Source: Macrostomum lignano (taxonomy: Eukaryota). Taken from it: a stretch of DNA of 55,487 bases. Positions 1-11,492 of the stretch are shown one piece after another. The number at the start of each line of letters is the position of its first letter. The first letter of the stretch is position 1. The notes under the pieces were generated by a model that saw nothing but the letters and a program-made list of their open reading frames with translations, did not search any database and was not told the origin of the DNA. The DNA lies in the NCBI GenBank assembly GCA_002269645.1, contig NIVC01002862.1, positions 1-55,487 on the forward strand. Direction: 5' to 3'. Position numbers and translations under genes: made by a program.

Positions 1-1264
1 GTTTAGGTATGCTCTATTCATTCATTTAAATATAATGCGTAAACGATACAGTGAAGGCAATGCCGGGCATCATCTTATCTCTGCGAATTTTAATTACGGG
101 CCTGCTGCTCATTTGAATATTTTGACACCACGTGAAGATGTTATCTATTTTAATATAAGTACATTACACTTTACTCTAATGCTTTACACCAGTTTTTTTA
201 ATCAAAAAAGCAAGTAAGACACAACTGTTACAAGACAACGCAATGTTTTTGTTTTTGCTTTACTTTTCAGATGCTTACAGTAGCGATACACAAATTCAAA
301 ATGATTTTGTATGAGACAATTTAATGCCATCGGTTAGATATATCGATACTCATTACTCGTGATTCGAATTATATCAAGTGAAGTAACCTGCCCTCTGTGT
401 AAGATTATACTAGAATTATGTAGATATTTACTATTAATTCGTTTTTTGAGTTAATTTCAAGATTTTTAATCAATCTGAGCCCTAATTTAAATAACTTTGA
501 GGAATGAGTCTCTAGTCGACTAACTTTTCGTTTCGGCAATGGCTAGACTCTAGATTTCCGGCACCGGAACCCTTTGTCATCGAGTACTCATTTTTCGTTT
601 GAAGGAAATTAAAAAATAGGGTTTGATGTCCAGCCATTTATTTGTATCTCACTTCTCATTCAAAATCCTCGAATTCGCCGGATGAAACCAAATTTTTTGA
701 CGCCTAATCTGAAACTAGTATATCACATGTGTTACTCTTAATCTAGAGTCGAGATAAAACATAATGCACTGAGCATTGTTTGTCCCGATCACTTTTATTG
801 AGACCTGCTTAATATTTCTGATATTACTTCACTTGTTTGATGCTCTTAGTGTCATTTTAGAACTTTAAATATTCTGATAACTTTCTATAAAGGAATATTT
901 TATATTGGAAACAGGCTTGCTCTCTAAAATAATTCATAACTTATTAGTGATTTTATCTTCTTTGACAATAAGTTGCATACAATAGTTACATTTTTTAATT
1001 GTATTTGATTCTGGATTAGCATTTCTTTGCTGATAAATTATCTTTGATATTGCAATTTCAGTTTATTTTTCCTTATATACTTTTTGGAATTTATCCAGAC
1101 TTTATCATACTTAGTAATAGTAGAAATAAATTCATTAAAACATTTGAATTGTAAATTGACTCCTCATAGTTGCTTATACAATGCATTTTTGCACAATTGA
1201 ATTGCTACACTGGATGATTGTATCAATCCTGTTACTAAGTTCTGTGAGCAATATTTCAGACACG

Positions 1265-3489
1265 ATGTCCGATAACGAGGAATTATTTGCTGCATGCCTT
1301 CCTCGTTCGAGCCAGCCATGTGACATTCTTTCTTTCGAGGAAATCTCGTGTGAACTAAACACTGTCCGCGTTGGCACTGATGTCAATCAGTTGATTAATA
1401 GTACCAACGAGGAGGCGCATAATAATGCAACAGACGGCTCCGTCAGCGAAAGCAGCCTGGCCTCAACCACGTTTAAATCCACGAGTTCCGAAAGTGCCGA
1501 CTTTGAAAAAAGCAGCAATAGAGCACGCAGTCCGAGTGACAGGTCAAGCAGGCACTCAGCGCCGGCCTGCGAAAGTCATTCAAAGCTAACCAGGCATTCC
1601 AGTTCAACTGTAGACGGTTGCACAGATCTACTGCCTTCCGAGGCGGACACTGATTGTGAAGATTGGGCGAATTGCCCTGGTGAAATCGAAAATGATGAAG
1701 TAGACAACAGCAAATTTACGGCCGAAATTGAAACAGAAAATTCATCAAAAGGAGCAGTTGTAGAGGATTCTAGCAATCCGAATGCCGCAGTGATTTTCAA
1801 TAGAACGCAGGAGAGCAATACTGAGCAATCTAATGTTTCAGAGACTGACGCTGATGCATTAACCGAATCGAGTGAAACAAAGTGCTTTGATGATACAGTT
1901 GATGAAGGCGAACACAATGTCACCGAAATGGAAGCCCTGCATCAACCAGTAGACACGAGAGAGGAGCTCCAGCATGTTGCAGAGTGGGACACAGTGGACA
2001 ATACTGTTCAAAGTGCAAAAGAGGAGTTGCAGGTCACAGAGCCGGTGGAGACAGATACTGCTCCAACGTTAGGGGAAGAGCTCCAGCAGGTCGAAGAGTC
2101 AGTAGACACGGTAGAAGATACTGCTCAAGCGGCAGGTGAGGAGCTCCAGCAGGAGACACTAGACTCAGTGGACGAGGTTGTAGTCAATGAAAACGAGATA
2201 ACGGAAGAACCACATATCAACAAAGGATCAGATGAAGACAGTGAAATCGACGAGTCCAGAGAGCTGATGCAAGAATTGGACGCAGGGTTGATTTCCATCG
2301 GAACGGAAGTCGACGGGGAGAGCCCTGGGCCGGCGATAGTCGCCAATGGCTTCGGATTTTCTGGCCAGATCGAGGAAATTGAAAAAAGCAAATCCCAAAC
2401 TGAAGATACAGACGATAAAGAGTTGCAGCTTCTGGAAAACTTTTTCAGTTGTGCACCCAGAGCCACTGCACTTCAATCGCATTCAGCAGAACAGCAGATT
2501 GAGACTGGAAAAGAAGATAGAGATGATCACATCGCAGAAGATTCTAAGTGTAGTAAAGATAATAATGTTGCAACAAATGAGGATGGAGCTGTTGAGTCTC
2601 AGCAAGGCGATCCGAGCCCCACCGATGAGTCTGTCGAGATGGCCGTTGGATACCAAGCGAATTCCCAGGTAGATCAGACGGAAGCCGATTCTAGTCCAAC
2701 AAGAAGGCGGCGTCGGGTAATTCAGCGGCATCGCAGCGGCAGAGCAGAATCAGGCGGTCCAGACAGTCGAGACCGACAGCTTAGAGAGGCCCGCCAGGCC
2801 TACGAGAGAAGTGCAGCGGAGCTGCGCCAGTCCTGGCAGGGCTACGTGGCCAGACTGCGCGAGCTGCGACGGGAGGACGTCGACAATGCCGCGGCCGGCG
2901 AATCGGTGAGACGTCATCGACGAGGCTTCAGCGAGGTTGAAGAGCACTGGCTTGCGCCAGGCGAGTCCGAAGCGGCCGCTGAGGTGCGCGCCTGGCTGCT
3001 AGATAAGAAGCGCGTTGAGCGCCAGAAGCGCCAACAGGACGGCGAACAGCGACGCCGGAGCAGCGGGAGCGGCTGAATGCTGAAACGGCGCTTGACGAAC
3101 GACAGCGCGCCGCCCAGAAAGCCTACCAGAGCTGGCTGCGGCGGAAGCAGCGCCAGGCTGCCTCGGTGGCTGCGTCGGCGGCCAGCTTAGCTGAGGCGTC
3201 GGACTCGGCGGAGTCGGAGCCGCACAGTCAGCTGTTCGACCTGCTGTCGGCTCGTTGCGAAACGCCGAATCAGACGGCGAAACGGCATCAGCCGGTGCAC
3301 AACTCGGTGTTCCCAAGACCGATGTCTTCAATCGCGGCGACTCGACGTCGAGGTGCGGCATCTTCACGGGAGCCACCGCGAATCGTCATTGCTGGCCGTC
3401 AGCTCGTCCCACCGAAGTCGCAGCAGCGGTCACGCGTTCAGCAGGCATGGATGAAGCGGTTCCTGCGCAGCCAGCTGCCACTCTACTGA
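1265..3489 (+). CDS. Long acidic/disordered N-terminal region plus C-terminal coiled coil with W-x-x-x-K motifs (CCDC34/CCDC181-like, tentative); reading frame interrupted by a -1 frameshift near 3056-3058
   Basis: ORF 1181-3076; the ATG at 1265 follows a tttcag acceptor (AG 1258-1259). The frame starting at 3058 (EQRERLNAETALDERQRAAQKAYQSWLRRKQRQ...) continues the same charged helical composition to TGA 3487-3489. About four ~20-aa EELQ repeats at ~1955-2180. Confidence 0.7.
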
Positions 3490-4158
3490 CGGCTCAATTT
3501 CGCCAATAATTATTTTTTCAAACCGCTGCCATAGAAAAGCACCTCTGTGTTTGTTTATAATTTACCGGATTTCTACGTCGAATTTCACCAGCAAAGGAAT
3601 TCTATCTGTGTTTTTTTGGTCCCTGTGCTGACTTACAACATAGAGAATGCATACTAGTTGAACTATAATCAGTCTAAGCTATATTTTTAATCAGATTTGC
3701 CCGAATTACATTGTCTCATGTCACAGTCCCCTGTACAGCAATCGCAATCCGACGTGAGTGGCTCCAGCATATTTCTTTCGTTCCAGCTGGTTCACTAACC
3801 AAATGGCTTCTACGGTCGTATTTTTGGATTGAAATCGCCCTAACCTCTACTAATAGTAGTGCACTTTTAATATGATTTTTTAAAATTCATAAATTGGAGT
3901 CGAAGGGTTCGCACGTGCTTTTGAAGAAAAAGCTATATATTCGTATAGAAATGCTTGTCATTTTTGCCTAAAATGACGTTTCATTTCTATCTTTCTATGT
4001 AATTTATTCTTTTTCTAGAATTTCTAGAGCCGTTCCTAATGATTAATTACTTGTTAAGTAGTAATTATGAGTAGAAAATTGCCAATTGTGACCCTTTCAG
4101 ATAGTACCGCCTGCCTCGCCTCAAAGCCAAGCTTGTTGTTGATTTTTGTAAATTTTAT

Positions 4159-4340
4159 GGGTTGCTTTCTCAAACGCGAAATTTCACAACCGCAAAAAAA
4201 GACTGTCGTATATAAAAGTGCGTGCAAAGATTTTAGCGGTTGTGAAGTTTCGCGTTTATGAAGTTTCGCGGTTGTGACAGCATATGACATTTAGCGGCTG
4301 TGAAGTTTCGCGGTTGTGAAGTTTCGCGTTTGTAAAACCC
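4159..4340. mobile_element. Small foldback/MITE-like element with internally reiterated inverted arms
   Basis: CAAACGCGAAATTTCACAACCGC (4171-4193) is the near-perfect reverse complement of GCGGTTGTGAAGTTTCGCGTTT(G) at 4236-4257 and 4310-4332, with partial copies between. No clear TSD. Confidence 0.5.
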
Positions 4341-5111
4341 ACCCCATTTGATCGGTCGATATTCTCAAACAGAAGTTGACCAATAATGTTTTTCAATGGC
4401 AGTGTTCATCTTTATACTGAATGATGGGAAATTATTGGGATAATTTTCGCGGCAAATGGCTTTGACTAAGCTGTAAGATGACGTACAGAACGTCGATTTC
4501 CAACTTTAACTGTCTTCTGCTTAACTATTTAATGGTTGTAATAAGGATCCTCGCTTGCTAGTGCCATACGAGTAAATGTTTTATTCAGTTTATCGAATTT
4601 CTTTGAACTATCTCTTTATTTTATTGTCTACATCGTACAGAGTGCCATATAAACATATTGATGCTTGTTTAAGGTTTGAGAACATATCCTGCAAGCATAT
4701 ACCGGTATATCTAGCCAATTGCCTTTACCAATCCGAAGTTTTCAGTTTTTTCTTTATTTCTGTGACCTGTATAAACTTTAAAATTCCATTTGCAACATAA
4801 GAGATTACCTAAAGGCTCGTCTGCATTGACTGCAGTCAGCAGTTGCCATCGGCAGTTGACAATAGTACATGTATAAGTGCCATTGTGTCTCAGCAGTGGT
4901 TTTGTCATTATTTCACAATGTGACATACTATCAAATCCACCATTGTATTCAATATAGACTTTCACACAGACACAATAGCAATTAGTTTTGGAAATTAATT
5001 CCCATTGTGCAGTTGTGGAGTAGTATTGAGCGATCTAAATAAAGCTCTACTCAAAATTTCTATTCATTAGGTTGGCGGTGTGCAAGTTGAAATGGAGCAA
5101 GCTGTAATGGA

Positions 5112-6350
5112 ACGTCTAGAGACACTGACGCACGTCTAGAGACACTGACGCACGTCTAGAGACACTGACGCACGTCTAGAGACACTGACGCACGTCTAGA
5201 GACACTGACGCACGTCTAGAGACACTGACGCACGTCTAGAGACACTGACGCACGTCTAGAGACACTGACGCACGTCTAGAGACACTGACGCACGTCTAGA
5301 GACACTAACGCACGTCTAGAGACACTAACCCACGTCTAGAGACACTAACGCACGTCTAGAGACACTAACGCACGTCTAGAAACACTAACGCACGTCTAGA
5401 GACACTGACACACGTCTAGAGACACTAACGCACGTCTAGAGACACTAACGCACGTCTAGAGACACTAACGCACGTCTAGAGACACTGACGCACGTCTAGA
5501 GACACTAACGCACGTCTAGAGACACTAACGCACGTCTAGAGACACTAACGCACGTCTAGAGACACTGACGCACGTCTAGAGACACTAACGCACGTCTAGA
5601 GACACTAACGCACGTCTAGAGACACTAACGCACGTCTAGAGACACTGACGCACGTCTAGAGACACTGACGCACGTCTAGAGACACTAACGCACGTCTAGA
5701 GACACTAACGCACGTCTAGAGACACTGACGCACGTCTAGAGACACTGACGCACGTCTAGAGACACTAACGCACGTCTAGAGACACTAACGCACGTCTAGA
5801 GACACTGACGCACGTCTAGAGACACTAACGCACGTCTAGAGACACTAACGCACGTCTAGAGACACTAACGCACGTCTAGAGACACTGACGCACGTCTAGA
5901 GACACTAACGCACGTCTAGAGACACTAACCTACGTCTAGAGACACTAACGCACGTCTAGAGACACTAACGCACGTCTAGAGACACTAACGCACGTCTAGA
6001 GACACTGACGCACGTCTAGAGACACTAACGCACGTCTAGAGACACTGACGCACGTCTAGAGACACTAACGCACGTCTAGAGACACTGACGCACGTCTAGA
6101 GACACTAACGCACGTCTAGAGACACTAACCTACGTCTAGAGACACTAACGCACGTCTAGAGACACTAACGCACGTCTAGAGACACTAACGCACGTCTAGA
6201 GACACTGACGCACGTCTAGAGACACTAACGCACGTCTAGAGACACTGACGCACGTCTAGAGACACTAACGCACGTCTAGAGACACTGACGCACGTCTAGA
6301 GACACTGACGCACGTCTAGAGACACTGACGCACGTCTAGAGACACGTCTA
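5112..6350. repeat. 20-bp minisatellite, ~62 units (CACGTCTAGAGACACT[G/A]ACG)
   Basis: Exact 20-nt periodicity is visible in the text; the main variant is TGACG/TAACG. Confidence 0.97.
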
Positions 6351-6803
6351 GTGCGTCATGTTCATTATTGATGACAGCTAATCAGTTATGCAGAGGGTTC
6401 GGTGAGAGATTTGGAATCTTGACTGCTGACTGCTAACTGTGAGAAGGAAAATAGTTTTTATCCGATGCAAAATAACAGCACACGACAATATACAGTAGTT
6501 TCAATTGCATTATCCCAGTCACAGGCAATCAAGCGCTCTGTGTCCGGCTATAAGTCATTGGGTTTTTATAAATATGTGTATATTTTTCTCGTTTCACTAA
6601 TCCTTCAATCGCTCGATCATTGCTTTTTAATGTTTTTAGCGCGTTGCGAATGCTCCGATAGAGGCTGCCGCAGCATAGGTGGGGTGTAGCTGGAAACACT
6701 CGGGGTGTACAGGTTAGGGGCGGTGACGTCATAGACAGTGCGGACTGCGGTGCCCAGCTCCCCTCCCCACAGCGCGCTTCCTGACAGCCATTCTTTAACC
6801 GAA

Positions 6804-7181
6804 TTAGTGCTGCTGGGCCCGGCCGGACTCCTGCAGCCGCTTCCTCAGCCGGAAGATCATGGAGTCGGCGTTGGCTCCGGCGTTGTCGCGGTTCAGTCTC
6901 TCCAGCTGGTTCATCAGGCGGTCAAAGTCGCCGCCACGACGCTGCAGTCGCTGTTGGTGCTGGTGGTGGTGCTGGTTCTCCAGCATCCGCTTCACCATGA
7001 ACAGCTTGTAGAAGTCGTCCTCACCGGGACCTCCGGCGCCGCCGCCGGCGGAGCGACGCTCGACCTGATGGCGACTCTGCTGCTCGACGGCTGGCACGGC
7101 GGCGCAGGTGGCGATGAGCAGGCAGACTATGGCAGCGAAAATGGTGGCCATCGGGATGGCGGAGATTCCACGACTGCTCAT
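6804..7181 (-). CDS. Neuropeptide/secreted peptide prohormone precursor (125 aa)
   Basis: Hydrophobic signal peptide (MATIFAAIVCLLIATCAA), four basic cleavage sites (RR, KR, RR, RKR), GC3-rich codons, and an upstream 5'UTR intron with canonical ends. Confidence 0.8.
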   Translation of the reverse strand: MSSRGISAIPMATIFAAIVCLLIATCAAVPAVEQQSRHQVERRSAGGGAGGPGEDDFYKLFMVKRMLENQHHHQHQQRLQRRGGDFDRLMNQLERLNRDNAGANADSMIFRLRKRLQESGRAQQH

Positions 7182-7216
7182 GACGGCGTTCGATGTGGAA
7201 TAACTTTTATTAGCGC

Positions 7217-7293
7217 CTGAAGAAAAGAAAGATCAGTATTGGTTGCCAATAATTGTATTAGAAATTTTGAACAGTCAGTTCAAAGCCACTTAC
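7217..7293 (-). other. 77-nt 5'UTR intron of the neuropeptide gene
   Basis: Minus-strand GTAAGT donor (7293-7288) and ctttcttttcttcAG acceptor (7218-7217). Confidence 0.55.
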
Positions 7294-7380
7294 TGGGTGC
7301 AGCTGGTAATGTCGCTTTTATAAAACTATAGTAAGCAAAAAATGAGCGTGAAAAAATTATTTCCACTCTCCCGTCTGTAA

Positions 7381-7389
7381 CTTTTATAG
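7381..7389 (-). promoter_or_regulatory. Candidate TATA box of the neuropeptide gene
   Basis: CTATAAAAG on the minus strand, ~90 nt upstream of the donor. A second TATAAAAG lies at ~7315-7322, so the assignment is ambiguous. Confidence 0.3.
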
Positions 7390-8152
7390 TCTGCAACACC
7401 CCAGCCTCCTCGCACAAACACTGGGCCCGGGGCTCCAATGAGAGTGGCTCTCAGATGAAAACAGTCAACTCCTTCTCTTCTGCGGGGGGGCTTATGGTGA
7501 GCTACTCGTAGTTGACTTTCATTAAGCGAGAAAGATTCAGGGGACTTTCACAGAGAGAATAGAGGAAGTCCTTATGGCTTCCGTCATCAAGCAACCGGGT
7601 GTTTAAGACGGATATTTTCTAACGCCTCTCTTAAGTTTTTGCACGGCCATTATTTCCTCCCAACACTTTGCCGCTAGCTTTAAGCATTATTGCACTAACT
7701 ATAGCGGCCAAGCTCCCTGGCCAAATGTTTGACTGTTGTTTCGCAGCAAACAGCGGGACACTTTCCCTTATCCTGAATGCGTAATTAGTTGTCGTTGCAT
7801 GACAGAACCCCCCCCCCCCCGGAACCGATAAAGGAAAGCTTTCTAGGAAAACTTTGCTGCCGTTTATTTTCTGAATGCTTGAACACGAAGGTTCCGTTTT
7901 TTGAATCAACGTTGAAACAGTGGTCTTATGGTGGCGACTGTGAAGATGTACACTAGCAAATGCTTAACTTCTAAAAGGGGCTCTCGAACTAGGCTGAATC
8001 TTGTTTGATTCGAACGTCAGTTTTTTGGGCAACCAAAGTCACAGGTAGTTTCTGCCAGAAACAGAAGCGTTCTGGGATGTGGGTTCCTGAGGTCCAAGTT
8101 CGTTTCTGCAAAGCAAATTAGATCTCTGGGTTGCATATTTGTTTTCCGGGAG

Positions 8153-9490
8153 ATTTCAAATTGGGTTTCCTGGATTGCAAATTGGGTTTCCTGGATTGCA
8201 AATTGGGTTTCCTGGATTGCAAATTGGGTTTCCTGGATTGCAAATTGGGTTTCCTGGATTTCAAATTGGTTTCCTGGATTGCAAATTGGGTTTCCTGGAT
8301 TGCAAATTGGGTTTCCTGGATTGCAAATTGGGTTTCCTGGATTGCAAATTGGGTTTCCTGGGTTGCAAATTGGGTTTCCTGGGTTGCAAATTGGGTTTCC
8401 TGGATTTCAAATTGGTTTCCTGGATTGCAAATTGGGTTTCCTGGATTTCAAATTGGGTTTCCTGGATTGCAAATTGGGTTTCCTGGATTTCAAATTGGTT
8501 TCCTGGATTGCAAATTGGGTTTCCTGGATTTCAAATTGGGTTTCCTGGATTGCAAATTGGGTTTCCTGGATTGCAAATTGGGTTTCCTGGATTGCAAATT
8601 GGGTTTCCTGGATTGCAAATTGGGTTTCCTGGATTGCAAATTGGGTTTCCTGGATTGCAAATTGGTTTCCTGGATTGCAAATTGGGTTTTCTGGATTGCA
8701 AATTGGGTTTCCTGGATTGCAAATTGGGTTTCCTGGATTTCAAATTGGTTTCCTGGATTGCAAATTGGGTTTCCTGGATTGCAAATTGGGTTTCCTGGAT
8801 TGCAAATTGGGTTTCCTGGATTGCAAATTGGGTTTCCTGGGTTGCAAATTGGGTTTCCTGGGTTGCAAATTGGGTTTCCTGGATTTCAAATTGGTTTCCT
8901 GGATTGCAAATTGGGTTTCCTGGATTGCAAATTGGGTTTCCTGGATTTCAAATTGGTTTCCTGGATTGCAAATTGGGTTTCCTGGATTTCAAATTGGGTT
9001 TCCTGGATTGCAAATTGGGTTTCCTGGATTGCAAATTGGGTTTCCTGGATTGCAAATTGGGTTTCCTGGGTTGCAAATTGGGTTTCCTGGATTGCAAATT
9101 GGGTTTCCTGGATTGCAAATTGGTTTCCTGGATTGCAAATTGGGTTTCCTGGATTGCAAATTGGGTTTCCTGGATTTCAAATTGGGTTTCCTGGATTGCA
9201 AATTGGGTTTCCTGGATTTCAAATTGGTTTCCTGGATTGCAAATTGGGTTTCCTGGATTTCAAATTGGGTTTCCTGGGTTGCAAATTGGGTTTCCTGGAT
9301 AGTAAATTGGGTTTCCTGGATTGCAAATTGGGTTTCCTGGATTGCAAATTGGGTTTCCTGGGTTGCAAATTGGGTTTCCTGGATTGCAAATTGGGTTTCC
9401 TGGGTTGTAAATTTGGTTTCCTGGGTTGCATATTTGGTTTCCTGGATAGAAAATTGGGTTTTGGGATCGCAAATTGATTTAAGAGATTGC
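8153..9490. repeat. 21-bp minisatellite, ~63 units (GGGTTTCCTGGATTGCAAATT) with interspersed 20-bp deletion units
   Basis: Direct periodicity. The TTTCAAATT variant is often followed by a one-G deletion, which explains the frame switching in the ORF track. Confidence 0.97.
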
Positions 9491-10302
9491 AAATTGAGTT
9501 CATGGATTGTTAATTATATCTTTTTAGTGCGTCAGCTCAAGGCAACGCCACATCAAACTAAACTAACAAAATTCGTCACACGCATCACACGCGCAGAACT
9601 CCATGGCAGGTTCAATAGAATACTTCAGAGTTCATTAACTTTAACAAGCGATAAGCCAGAAACACGCTTTAGATTTAGTCAACGCGGTGACTTGTCATGC
9701 TTAGCAAAGTTCCGATCTGTGGTGAGAAGTCCAGGCCAATATAGTTGAGCAGTAGGTTTGTAGTTGCTTAAGATCGTACTCAAGATAAGCGAATGGTTAG
9801 CTAGTATATTTTTCTGCAGTCAATAATAGCTTTCTGCGGCACACGAGTGCATTAAGGAAACTCAAAAGTTAGCGCAGGCGTTTTTATCAGCTTAATCTCA
9901 CTATTTAGCTGGGACAACTCCAAACTCGCCCGAAGGGTTTGACTTAATCCTCACAGAATGCCCACCAGCGAAAACATCCTCGCGGGGCGCCTGAGCCGCC
10001 ATCTCCGCTGCTACTAGGTGAGAGAGTGACTGGGCCAGTCTGTCATGTGACGAACCAATTTCAATATTTAATGCATTTCTCCATCAAACTTGAGCTAAAT
10101 TCGCTTATTGCCTTTAGTCTGCACCATTTTCATCGTTTGTATATAGCCAATGTACTTAGACCAGGGGTTGACACCGGCTGACCTGCCTCTTCCCGTGTTC
10201 TTTGGGACCTGGGTCTGACTTTGCATTATGGCAAATTTTATGCTAATAACTCCACAGTATTTCAACTAGAATTAGACAATACTTCTGGTATAATGAGGGC
10301 AT

Positions 10303-10577
<275 letters not shown>

Positions 10578-11106
10578 GCTTATAGCTATATTCATGTGTA
10601 TATATAATAAACTAGCAGTCAAACCGAAGAGTATCCTAAGAAGCTATAGTACGCGACTCAGATGGGAGCAAACAGCGGAACTAACTGTCGAATGTGGGAT
10701 CACTATATAAGCTGAAGAGCGGAGACGTATTCGCAGAAAGAATTAAGTCACGTTCTACACTTGAGCAATTGATGAAGCGTGAAATCTGCTCACGCGTGAG
10801 GCTGGAAGTGGTGAATGAGCTTTAATTACTGCGAATTGGAATTAGGGCGGCTAACTCACTTATTTGGCCTGCAAGCAATTCCAAAAGAATTGGCAGAGAA
10901 TTTCGAATGCAAATTTGCGTCCGATAATTGTCGCAAAATGAATTACCCACAGTGGGGAATTCAGGGGATTCGAGAACTGGGATAATTAGCGAGGCTAATT
11001 ATTTACTAAGCTCCCCCCTATACTTCTCGTCGTACTTCTGTTACCAGCATACCGAAGACAAATCGATAGAAATTAATAGAATTGAAAAAGAAATAGAAAT
11101 TAAGCG

Positions 11107-11492
11107 TCGAGAGACAATACCGCACGTCTAGAGACATTGGCAAGCGTCTAGAGACAATACCGCACGTCTAAAGACAATACCGCACGTCTAGAGATACTGA
11201 CGTATGTCTAGAGACACTGACGCACGTCTAGAGACACTGACGCACGTCTAGAGACACTGACGTATGTCTAGAGACACTGACGAACGTCTAGAGACACTGA
11301 CGTATGTCTAGCGACACTGACGCACGTCTAGAGGCACTGGCGCACGTCTAGAGACACTGACGCACGTCTAGAGACACTGACGCACGTCTAGAGACACTGA
11401 CGCACGTCTAGAGACACTGACGCACGTCTAGAGACACTGACGCACGTCTAGAGACAATGCCGCAGGTCTATAGACACGTCTGGATACGTCTA
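11107..11492. repeat. Second array of the 20-bp GTCTAGAGAC minisatellite (~19 units, more diverged)
   Basis: Same unit and orientation as 5112-6350; edge units are GACAATACCGCAC variants. Confidence 0.93.

Noticed and set aside
543-753. 14-bp imperfect inverted repeat (CTAGACTCTAGATT / AATCTAGAGTCGAG) that could bound a MITE
   Set aside because: Short, no TSD, no second copy in the window.
4711-4965. Ig-like HNGTYTC motif in a minus-strand ORF
   Set aside because: It arises from TACATGTA, an octamer common in non-coding DNA across this window. AT-rich, with no splice support.
6724-6731. Perfect CRE palindrome TGACGTCA near the neuropeptide gene
   Set aside because: Lies 3' of the stop codon; a single 8-mer is expected by chance in 55 kb.
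6738-7220. 160-aa + strand ORF
   Set aside because: Antisense shadow of the neuropeptide precursor, which has the signal peptide and splice support.
8131-9748. Three long + strand ORFs (387-489 aa)
   Set aside because: They are translations of the 21/20-bp minisatellite, open in all frames because the unit has no stop codon.
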